Below, one piece after another: positions 1 through 10,587 of a stretch of 64,000 nt of DNA (positions are counted from its first letter, which is position 1; the number at the start of each line of letters is the position of its first letter). This DNA comes from Bilabrum cf. latius (taxonomy: Eukaryota). The stretch is from NCBI GenBank assembly GCA_965178125.1, contig OZ237741.1, forward strand, positions 186,001 through 250,000, read 5' to 3'. Under the pieces are notes generated by a model. The model saw only the letters and a list, made by a program, of their open reading frames with translations. It had not been told where the DNA came from and did not search any database. The translations under genes were made by a program, and so were the position numbers.

Positions 1-1928
1 GAACAAGCCGCCAGGAGGGCAGACTTGCCCGTCCCTCCCGGCCCCACGACCACCAGGGGCTTGTTCCCTGGCACAGGAGCCGCTGCAGGAGCGCCCCACG
101 CGCAAACGCCCGGCACAAGCCCCCCTTCGCCTCGGGCCAGAGCGCCTGTCGCGCTGCGCATGAACTGCAGCAGCGCCCCTTGTTCCCTGGCTCTGCCCAC
201 CAGCACCTGCGCCCTGCCTCTGGCAAACTGGTGCGCGCCGATCACGTCAGCTGTGACCCGAGGCAGAGCTGCCTTGACTGCCGCTTGCCATGCCGATAGT
301 CGCTGGGCGGGTACTACCCTGGGCATCGATGCAGCCCCACGCTCCGCCAATGCGCTCACCGGCTGGTCCCCCTCGGACTTGGGCCCTGCCACCTGCCCGC
401 CCCCGTCCCACCACTCGCCCGCCTGTCTCCTCTGCTCTGTCCCAGTGAGGTGCCCCAGCACCCCCGGGGCCACTCCCGCCTCTCTCGCCCGCCTGCCCAC
501 CTCTTCTCGCAGAGCTCCTTCCAGGCTTACGGCCATGTCGGCGGCCAGCTGCAGCAGATACCCGGGGTGCGAGTCCACTCCCACGGTCACCGGAGGCAAG
601 TCACCTGCCCCTGCACCGGCACCTGCACCTGACCCTGACCCTGCACCTGCACTCGCCAACTCTTTGTCCTATTCCCCACTCTCTGCTTGCTTCTCCGCCT
701 GATCTTTCAGATACCGCTCGCTTCCACGCTCTGGCTGTCCAAACTGCACCTCATACCGGTAGATGCAGTCATGGTCGAACAGCCCGCCGACCCCTCGGTC
801 TGGGTACCCCTGCACGATGGCGCGCAGGACGGCCAGCCGAGCACTGGAGTCCTCTCGGTCCGCTGCCCCGTCCACGAATCCTCGGCCTGTGGCGGTGTCC
901 TTCCCCGTCAGCGTGTCACCGTTGGTCAGTGTCCTCACGAATGCGAAGCGGCGGCGGGCGTCCCCCTCGGATCCGGGGCCAGAGGCCGCATTCTCGGCCG
1001 ACTGCACCTGCGCTGCCCGTATGACCTCTTGCTCGGTCACGGAGCTCTCCCAGACGGTCTCCAGCGCCTCCAAGTCGGGCGGGATCACCCGTGCTTGTCC
1101 TGGCCGCAGGGGGTGGGGGCCGACAGCTGGGAGGGCACCGGCGGTGGGCCGGCCCTGGTGGATCCGCAGAGAGGAGCGCACGCTTGCCAGCAGCGCGCAC
1201 TGACGGTCCCACCAACGATTGCTCTCCGCGCGAAAGTGAGACACATCGGATCCAGTGGCATCTTCCTGGGCCGGTTCTGCAGCTACCAGTGCCGCGACTA
1301 GTGCCGAGTACTCCTTCATCGTGCGCAGGCGGTACCGAGCTGGAATCACGTTCGACTCCAGCACATAGCACGCGTCAAGATTTTCTAGAGCATCGGGACT
1401 GTCTCTGCACGCAGCCTTCGTACGGCGCATTTGTGGCAGCGATAGCTCTGGAGGCGGTGCTCGATACCCCGACCGCGCAGTCTAAAAGAACAGAAAGTAA
1501 GGGCCCGTGCTCGTCTACCTACACTTGTCAATCTACTCAAGGCACAAATTGATTGTTTGGTGATTCGCAGTGGCTTCATTCCGTATGCCCCAGCGCATGT
1601 CGCACAACAAAACGGTGAGACCCAGCGATCTTGCGGCTCTTGACAGGTAGGGCTCGACTAGCTCCATCATCGCGTGCCGTTCGCTTTTGGTGTCCACAAA
1701 CGTACTCGATGAGAATATTCGTACTACGTTCGTTGTCGGAGACGTAACGTTAGAGGCTCGTTTGCCCGCTAACCACTCTTGCGAAGCGACCGTGGTGTCC
1801 GATGCATCGGGACTGAGACCCGAATCCCGCGCCTATTGGCGCTTTTCTCGCAAGCGCTGACGAGCTTCTTCAATGGCGTGAACCCATAGTGGATCATCAA
1901 TACTATCTGGGATGCGAGCAACTCGCAT
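1..1928 (-). CDS. DUF4062 + NACHT/P-loop protein (NWD1/NWD2/TEP1-like), 3' end beyond the window; start uncertain
   Basis: One frame is interrupted only by TAG (1833, 1533, 1515, 1482, 669). It reads VRIFSSSTFVDTKSER...DMRWGI...LCLE*IDKCR*TSTGPYF, typical of the DUF4062 N-terminus. A Walker A motif KPLVVVGPGGTGKSALL lies near position 60-20. Confidence 0.8.
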
Positions 1929-2189
1929 GCTGCAAAGATATGCGTTGCCCTTCGGGGAAGCTTCCCCTTGTGAAACCGGAAGAACCGTCCGAAACCGCCG
2001 CCCAGCAGGTTCAGGTGTTCCCACTGCCGCAGACCATGGAGTCAGCGCCCGCTCATTGTCAAACCGCCGCGGCTGCTACGTCAAGTTGGCCGCCAGCTGG
2101 CACAATATTCTGCGCGCGGTTCGTCGCTGCGTTCCGGTTCCCGCCACACGGCCGTGGTAGCATGTGCAACTTGAACTCCGATGCGCCTC

Positions 2190-5100
2190 TCAACCTCTGT
2201 GTCCCAGGGCGCGCTGCAGTGCCATGCTAGCTCCAGCCGACAGGAACGGCCTGTCAACACCAGCAGAGCCGCCCCGACTGTTCCTTGCCCCCTCGCCTCC
2301 CCCATTCGCCCTAGCCCCAGCACCGCCGGACGGTTTCCCAACAGCCGACCCACCCAGCCGATTGTCCCCGTCCAACTCCCTCAGTCTCCGATCCGCGGCG
2401 CTCGCTGCCCGCCTCGTCGCTGCGGCCCTCTTCGCCCGCTGGCTCCGCAACATCGCCATGCCCTGCCCCACCAGCTCGCCCGCACCCACCCGCGGCCGAC
2501 TCCTCGTTGGAGCCCCCGTCCACCGCTCCAGAGTGCTGGACCAGGCCCCTGTCCCGTCCATCGTGCCGCTGCCTGACTTTGCCCCCGCACCCGCCGCCAG
2601 CAGCGCGTGTGCTCTGCCACTGCACAGGGTAGACACGAAGGGCCGCCTGGGTCCGTTTTGTCTGCCACCTGCAGCAGGTGAGCCCGTGCCAGCACCGGTG
2701 CCAGCACCGGTGCCAGAGCCGGAACTGCGGCCGACGAACGTTCCCCTCCCGACCTGTGGATGACTGCCACTATGCCCTTGCTGGCCGACCGATCCGGATC
2801 CAGTGCCTCGCATGGAGCCCGCTCTGCCCATCGAGCTCCCCATGAGGTCCGCGATCGGCCGGTCTTCATCGAGGTCTCTCGAAGCACCCGCGCGATCTTG
2901 CGCCGCGATTGCACCGCCTTGCGCTGCACCCGACATGGTCCGCCGCTTTTTCCACACGTTCTCCCTTGCCGCGCCCATCGACGGTGCAGCATGGCCGCTG
3001 CTGGCCGGCGGCACCCTGGCATTGCCGTGGCGACCTGTGGCAAAGTTGCCGGTATCTTCGTCATCGGCGTCGCTCCCGCTGCTTGACAGCTCGATCTCCA
3101 GTCCTCCAGACTTGCCCGACGCACCCCTACCGAAGGCCTTCCCGGCCCGACCTGCACCGCGCTACCCAGCGAGACCACGAAGGGGCGGAGATTCGGCATC
3201 GCTGCCCAACTCCACATCGTCGTGCTCCCCTTCCAAGTCGTCCTCTTCATCGGTGTGTCCTCCGCCTCTTCCCTTCCTACCCGTTTTGCCCCCCTTGTCC
3301 TTGCCCATCATTCGTTCGTACCAGCCCTTGCAGTTACGCATCGCCGCGGCTGCTGCACCGCTAGCTGCACCCGCCACCTCCCACAGCTTGCCGCCGCACT
3401 TCTCGGCCGTGCGCCAGCCTGCCAGACCCACGCTCGCAGCCTCTCTCGCAACCTAGCTTGCAGAACCCTCAATCACACCGAGCTGCACGAAGGAAGGCAC
3501 CGCCTCCGAGCCGCCCGTGCCGCCCAATTTCACGCCGGGCCCGTGTCCCGGTACCCCCAGCAAACGCCTTGCGCAGTTCTAGCACGTTTCACCGCAGCCC
3601 ACTCCGGCGTCCCCCGGGTCGTATTGCTACCCGAAATACCGAACCAGAGCCGCCCTCCTGCAGGTCTCTCTGTCTTCTGCGTATGCCTGCATCTTGCCCA
3701 GGAGGTCGACCGCCTGTGAGCTCTGCGTCCTGCTCTTGCGCTTTCCACGGCCCGACATGGTGATCAGGCGCTTCACACGGCCTACATCCTTCCGGGAGTA
3801 TAGCAGCACGCAGTGCGCCGGAAGGCCGTCCCTCCCGGCCCTCCCCGCCTCCTGGTAGTAGCCCTCGATGCTCTTGGGTACGGAGAAGTGCACCACGAAC
3901 CGGACTGTGGCCAAGTCGATGCCCATCCCGTACGCCACTGTCGCGCACACCACGTCAATGCGGCCGTGCTGCCACAGCGTCTGCACAAGTAACCGCTGCT
4001 TTGGAGTCATGCCCGCGTGGTAAAAGTCGGCCCGCAAGCCGCCCTCTTGCAGAGCTTTGGCTGCGCGCACGGTGTCGTCTCTCGATAGGCAGTACACGAT
4101 GCCGCTCCGAGCAGCCGAACCTGCTGATGCGGCGCTTGCAGCGGTCAGTACCGGCTCCACCTTGTCATCCGTGTTTCTCGCCCTGCTGGCCCCCATCTTG
4201 CGCCTGGATGACGCGGCTGCCCTTCCGAGTGGGTCCGAGGAGGCAGCGACCGGTGGCACTGTGGGTGGGATGCAGAGCATGCGGACCACTTCCGACAACT
4301 GGTGAAGGCCTTCTCCCGCCTTGTCTGGCTTGGGGAGCACTGAAAATATTAGATTGGGACGGTCAAAGCTCTGCTGGAACACCCGCGTAGGGGAAGAGGC
4401 AGGGGAGCTGCACCGGCGTGGGGGAAGCATATCCGGAGAAGACGGGGCCGCGCCGCCGCTGCTGCTGCTGCTACTGCTGCTGCTGCCGGCACGAGCTACT
4501 CGGCCAAGGGAGTGGGGTGCGGCCTCCGCACCGCGCGGGGCTCTGCCCTGCACCGTCTGCACGCCGATTTCCGGCCTCATCTTGAGGATGTCCATCACGT
4601 CCCTGCGTACCGTCTCGGTGGCGGTGGCGGTGAGGGCCATCAGGGGGACGCCAGGGAACGTTCGTCGCAGGTTCCTGAGGTCGAGGTATGCCTTGCGGAA
4701 GTCGTGGCCCCAGCGCGACACGCAGCTGCGGTGAAACGGCGGGGAGGTGTAGTGGGGGAGTGGGGGTGGGCCGACAGGTTGCTTGAAAGCATCTGACTGT
4801 GCAGGGCGGCGTACAGTGGACGAACGGGGCTAAGAAACGAGGACGGTAGCCGTTCATCATTAAAGGATGAAGAAAGGAGGGGCACCTGTGGGGGCGCAAG
4901 GCTCGGAGTGATTGCTTGGGCAGCCAATCGTCCTGCCACCCCAAACTCACTGGCACTCGTCTACCACGATTCGGGCGAGCAGGCCCCGAGAGTGTAGGTC
5001 CCCCAACGCCTCGGAGGCGGTGCTCTCTCTCGACGCGAGTTTTTCCGGGGTCACGTACAGCAGCTTCACCGTGGGGTCGTGCCCGTCCCTGCCCGCCCGG

Positions 5101-5681
5101 AAGAGCTCCCTGTAGACGGCCCTCACCTCCTCCTCGGTCTGCTCGCTCGAGAGATAGGACGTGGGGACTGAGACCTGCAAGTCTCGGAGCAAGGCCGATA
5201 CCTGGTCTTGGATGAGCGACAGCAGAGGCGAGACCACCACGGTGACCCCTCGGTCTAGCACGGCAGGGAGCTGATAGCACAGGCTCTTCCCACCACCTGT
5301 CGGCATGATGACCATTGTGTCCCAACCTTCGAGAGAAGCTGCGATCACATCTCTCTATAAGCCCCTGAAGGAACAGCCCGGGCCGTAGAAGAGCCTCTCC
5401 AGCGTATACTGCAGCAGGTCTGGTTCCGCTGCCGCTGCCTCGCCCCGCAGAGCAGTGCCAGTATCACCCCCATGTCCTCTTGCATCGCCTGCGGGGCGAT
5501 TGCTACTACTCTTAGCGATACGTTGGCCTGCTGAGGCTGATTGGTCTTCAACTTGGTGACCCAGCATGCTGTCCTCAGCTTCGGATACAGCGTCGTCGTC
5601 GCTCGATTCCAGAATGGCGATGCGTGGACTCTGCCTCTGCTTCCTCGCATCTCGGGAGGCGCTACCGAAAAAGGATTTCAT
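2190..5681 (-). CDS. RecQ family DNA helicase (BLM/Sgs1-like) with low-complexity C-terminal tail
   Basis: Motifs FRGL*RDVI (Q-motif), [28 protein letters not shown] across intron 4726-4950, [17 protein letters not shown] and Zn-binding CRR...C..C*NC. In-frame TAG at 5355, 3627, 3579, 3453, 3162. Ends TGA at 2190. Confidence 0.93.
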
Positions 5682-6973
5682 GTGCGCAACGTCATGCCAG
5701 CTAGGACAAAGCCATTTTAAGATTGGGGCCCATCTGAAAAAATCTGAAATCTGAAATCTGATTTAAGGTCAAGCATAACCGAACAATGGGTGCTGCGCAA
5801 AGACAGCATGACCATGACGGTGGACTTTCGTCCGCAACCGTATACAGCGAGGCAAGCCCCACTGCACCGGCCCTAACAAGATCCCACACTCCCCACTCCC
5901 TCACCTAACTCTCCGCGAGCCACGAAACACTCACCACCCCACAAACACTCTCTCTGTTCGCCATAAATGGCCTCCCCATCCATCTAGTGCCTCGCTGGTT
6001 ATAGCCCACACGCTCCTACCTGACATACCCTGTCTCCTGATATGCCTCCACATCTTCACCACTCCTCCGGAATAGGTCCCGAACAATCCTGCCCACGGGC
6101 AGAACCCCTCAGTGCTGCCGATCTCTCATAAGACAGCCCATCGACAGCCCAAATAAGACACACCCACCCAGTGCCCCTTGCTTCAGCCCACCTGGCCGTA
6201 TACCCCATCCGGCCAGGTGCCTCTCGCCCCTGTTACCCCGCACCACACTCTCCGCGGTCTCCGCGCAACCTGCAACGCATCAACCGCACGTTCCTTCTTG
6301 GTTTTCCTAGTCCCCTTGAAAACCTTCACTCGCTCACCTTTCCTCCGTTATAGGTGCTACACGAACTTCCTGTGCAGCAGTTGCTCTCTCCCTTGGACCT
6401 CCGCAAGCAACCTCAACAAGCCGTACTCTCCCCATCCAATGAGTACGCCCCGAACAGCAGACCTTCTCCCCCCGAGGCCCCTGTCCTTCTCGTTCTCGTG
6501 CCTAGTTTTCACTGGAAACAACTATTCTTGGCCCGTCCCAGGTTGTACCGCGAACATGCATCTCGCGCCAAGTCTTGTCACGGCAAGCGTTTTCGGCACA
6601 AAACTCTCACGCATGTCCGGCGCCAAACTCGCGCCTCCAAAGACATAAATTATGAGTAATTTGTGAAAATAAATGCCCACCCCGCCCGAATTCGCGCCCC
6701 AACCAAGACAAGGAGAACGGATGCACATCCAACGGCTATCAACCGATTGGCGCCAACCCTCCCACCGATCAACAGGCAGCTACTCTACTCACTTTCCCAC
6801 CACGATTACTTTGCCCCACACATCACAAGTAATAGCCGGGAATTGCAAGCCCACCTCGCATGCACCCCAGAGGCAACGAGCACGGTCCCATCTTTAGTTT
6901 TGGTTTGAATGCTGTATGTGACGAGCGGAACGAGAGCAAAAGCAACTTGCGTTTGGCTTGCATTTTGAGAGCA

Positions 6974-8798
6974 ATGCCGAAGGCAGAGAAGGGTTCTGCG
7001 AAATCTATTGCAAATAGCTGGAAGGCAAAAGGGCTGACCAAGCTCAAGTTTTATTGTCCCATCTGCTAGAAGGCCTGCAGAGATGCCAATGGCTTCAAGT
7101 GCCACAGCGAATCAGAAAGTCACCTGAAGCAGATGAAAATCTTCATGCAGAATGCTGGCGGGAAGATTTCAGGGTTTTCTAAGCAGGTAAGACTTGGTTG
7201 TCGCGTAATCATCGGCTACCTGCAACCTATATGCTGCTACCAACACACGCCGCTGCTCTGGTTGTAATATCTCTGCGCCGCAGTTTGAAGACGGTTTCTT
7301 GCGCGTGTTGAGGCGATTATTTGGCACCAGACCAGTAGATTCAAACCAAGTCTACAACGAGTACATCCGAGATCGCCACCACACGCACATGAAGGCAACC
7401 GTTTGGTCCACCTTGTCCGAGTTCATCCAGTACCTCGGCCGCACGGGCAAGTGCACGGTCGAAGAGACCGAGCGAGGCTTCACAATCCGATGGATAGAGA
7501 GAGATGCCGGCCTTTTAGCTCGGCAGGCCGCTGTAGCAGACGCGCAGAAGGAGGAAGAGGCCGCGGAAGAAGCCAGGGCCAGGGCCCTGCAGGACCTCGC
7601 ACGCATGGCGCAAGCTGCGGGCATGGAGGGCGACGGCACGGGGGTCGTGGCCGCGGCGAGGCGCAAAGCAACGGCAATCGATGCCGACGACTCGGAGCGG
7701 AAAGCTGTCAAGCTCACCAGCGCCGGGGGCAGCGGCACTGCTGCAGCAGCGTCGGGAGGTGCCAGGCTGGTACACGAACAGGACCAGGAGGCCGCTGTGG
7801 ATGGGCTGCTGGCGAGCCTTGGTGGTGGGGGTGAGGAGGAGGAGGACGATCTGCAGCGAGGATCGGTCGGTACTGGTGCTGCACCACCCCGAGGTGCACC
7901 CCAGGGAACAACGGGGGCACTGCCAGGGTTCGGGTCCATGGCGGGGGCACAGCTGCCCTCACTGCCTCCTTCTTCGTCGTCGTCCTCGTCGTCGTCAGTC
8001 GTGCATCGAGCCTCCTCATCCTCCTCTGGATCTGCAAGTGCGCCCAAGTTCCGAGTGATATCGCTGGGCACTGATGCTGCGCCGTCTGTTCCGCTAGCGG
8101 GTGCGTCCGGTTCTCGTCCTGCCGATGCAGCAGGCGAAGGGGCAGGGGCATCGGTGCTGGGCCAGAAGCGAAGCAGAGAGGAGGCCCGCAGCGGTCCTAT
8201 CAGAGGTGCCGGTGCCGGTGCTGGTGCCGGTACTGGCAGCAGCAGCGCGGCACCTCGGGTTGGCGGCATCGGCGCGGCTGGCTCGGTGATCCAGGTGGTG
8301 CCAGTACCCCCAGGGGGCGAGGCCTGGGTTCTGCGTGGGCTGGTGGTGCGAGTGGTGGACAAAGCGGCGGGAGGAGGGGTCTGGTTCCGCAAGAAGGGGA
8401 CAGTGTCTAAAGTGGACATGATGAGCGCGCCCGGAACCGGAGCCGGTGCTGCAACGGATGAAAGCGTCGACCCATTGGCTGAGGTGGAGCTGCAGCACGG
8501 CCTCGGGGTTGCGCAGCTGAGGCAATCGCAGCTGGAGACCCTGCTGGCCCGTCCCGGGGGTGCGGTTCGAGTCGTGAGGGGTGAGTGGGTGGGAGTGCGG
8601 GGGACCGTCCACGCGGTCAGCGCGGATGGCTCCAGCTTGGACGTGCTAATCACGGAAGGAGGGCCCGTTGGTGCGGTGCTGAGGGGTTTGGGCCCGGACG
8701 ATGTCTGCAAGCGGGACGTCGAGTGGGAGGCCCGGCGAGCAGAAAAAAAGAGCAAGAAGAAGAAGAAAAGTAAATCTAAAAGGGCGAGAATTGAATGA
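6974..8798 (+). CDS. KIN17: KIN17 DNA/RNA-binding protein
   Basis: MPKAEKGSAKSIANSWKAKGLTKLKFYCPIC*KACRDANGFKCH (TAG 7067-7069). Intron 7187-7283. Kin17-mid VYNEYIRDRHHTHMKATVW and C-terminal KOW-like QSQLETLL. Ends TGA. Confidence 0.95.
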
Positions 8799-8886
8799 TT
8801 GCTTTGAAAGTGGCCTCATACAAGATGGTCAAGACGCTCCTGCCGCTGGCAGGATCCAGGATCCCAATCCAATCTTCACGTCGAGG

Positions 8887-9381
8887 TCATGCTTCGTCTG
8901 CCTTGCGCTCCTCTCCATCTGCCCCTCCACCAGACTCTCCTGCAACTTTCATTGCCTTCTCGGCTTCTTCTTTGTCAACGGCATGCTCCATCAGATCCTC
9001 AAGCGATATCCCGAAGTCTGCCTCGAGCACGTGCCTGTGCGTGGACTGCAGAACAACCGGCGGCGCCTTACCCGCATCATTTGCCTCCTTCCACCGAAGC
9101 GCGCAGAGGCACCACTAATCCCCATCTTTCAAACCGGGGAAGCCATACGCTGGCATCGGCGTCATCAAGTCGTTGCCCCTCGCTTTGGAATACTCTAGAA
9201 AGGCTTGCGTTACCCGAGCGCACACAACATGCCTACCGGAGTCCAGCGGGCCAGTGTGGCAAAAACCATCTCGATAGAATCCAGTTACAGGATCCCTGCA
9301 GCAACACTGCAAAGGAGTGCCGAGCACATTCGTTGCAGATGCAGACACGTCACCCGATTCATTCGCTGCAGCGGCTGCCAT
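8887..9381 (-). CDS. DUF2237 family protein, copy 1
   Basis: NVLGTPLQCC.DPVTGFYRDGFC...HVVCA...GNDL...FPGLKDGD*WCLCALRWKEA. TAG at 9115 is inside the conserved motif. Ends TGA 8887. Confidence 0.88.
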
Positions 9382-9710
9382 AGTAGCAGATACAGTGATT
9401 CTTCTTGCTCGAGAAAAAACTCTTCTTGGTTTAAATACTGCCTGACAAGTACTCTGAACAGATCTTGTCCACCTTTGCATACGATTGTGAGCCTGCCGCC
9501 CGCCGAACCCTGCCGCCGGCGATGTTCCGCTGACCACGATTTAGGTGTGACGATTCGACCGCCACAGCGCAACAACAACACAATTGCAGGCTCAGCACAG
9601 CGTGTGAAGACCTTTTGTCTCCGGTGGTGTATGGTGAAAACGTGATAGGCCGCCAGAAGTCGTTCCAGCTATACAAGCACACACCGTGACGCCGTCCGTC
9701 AGTAGCCAGG

Positions 9711-10328
9711 TCACAGGTCCTCGCTCTTCTCCCCGCCCTACTCTGAGCCTTCGCTCGAAGCCCCCGCGCCCACCGAATGCTCCTTGAGAACTTCCATCGA
9801 AATCCCGAAGCCACCGCCGAGCACGTGCTGGTGGGTGGCGGCCAAGTCGACCGGTGGGGCCTTTCCCGATGCCAGCGCCTCCTTCCATCGCAGAGCACAG
9901 AGGCACCACCTGTCTCCGTCCTTCAGGCCAGGAAAACCATACATGGGTGACGGGGTCATCAGGTTGTTTCCTCGGTCTCGGCTGAACTCGAGGAACTCTT
10001 GCGTGACCTGCGAGCACACGACGTGGTTGCCGCTGTCGTCTGGCCTTGTCTTGCAGTATCCCGTGCGGTCATATCCCGTCACAGGGTCTTTGCTACACAG
10101 CTGCAGCTTGCCTCCCAGTACGTTCGTTCCCGCGGATTCTGCATTGATCGGTGAAGTGCTGGGTGATCTACCAAAATACTGGTGCGGGGACCTCCGATGT
10201 AGCAGCCCTGATCAGTCACTCAGCACAACCTTACTCTGGTCTCTGTTCTATCTGGCTACACCAATGGCTTTTGCGTGGACTAACAATGCCGGTAGAACCA
10301 GACACACACTTGCTGCAATGCTGCACAT
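9711..10328 (-). CDS. DUF2237 family protein, copy 2, with putative signal peptide
   Basis: Exon 1 MCSIAASVCLVLPALLVHAKAIGVAR*NRDQ, intron 10139-10234, then NVLGGKLQLCSKDPVTG...GDRWCLCALRWKEA. TAG at 10248 and 9738. Ends ...KSEDL-TGA at 9711. Confidence 0.82.
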
Positions 10329-10587
10329 ACTCTTTGTTTCTATTTGGATCGGTCTCGACCGAAAAACGCAACGTTTAAGTTGGGCGGCACCAATCCCAGA
10401 GACGAATCAATGAAACAAGTCAAAATGCAATAGGCAACCAGTGTATCGCCCAGAGACTGCTTGCCGATTGCGCTGACGTGGACGCAACGGTACAGTGCAG
10501 TGCAGTTGCAGCTGCGCAAAACGACGACCGTACGAAGCTACTGATTTAGGCTGTCGCCATCGTGAAACATACTTGCCCTCAACGCAT

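Noticed and set aside
1482-1518. A 37-nt GT...AG intron that would remove two TAGs
   Set aside because: Splicing it would shift the frame and delete the conserved STGP(Y/N)F motif. The unspliced frame matches the family.
5355-5357. Pyrrolysine insertion or programmed single-gene read-through at TAG
   Set aside because: TAGs are numerous (up to nine per gene), share no evident flanking context, and occupy ordinary Gln or variable positions.
5760-6960. ORFs in the C-rich region between RecQ and KIN17 (e.g. 6178-6648)
   Set aside because: No recognisable motif or coding-like bias. It is probably a divergent promoter/UTR region, though a small gene cannot be excluded.
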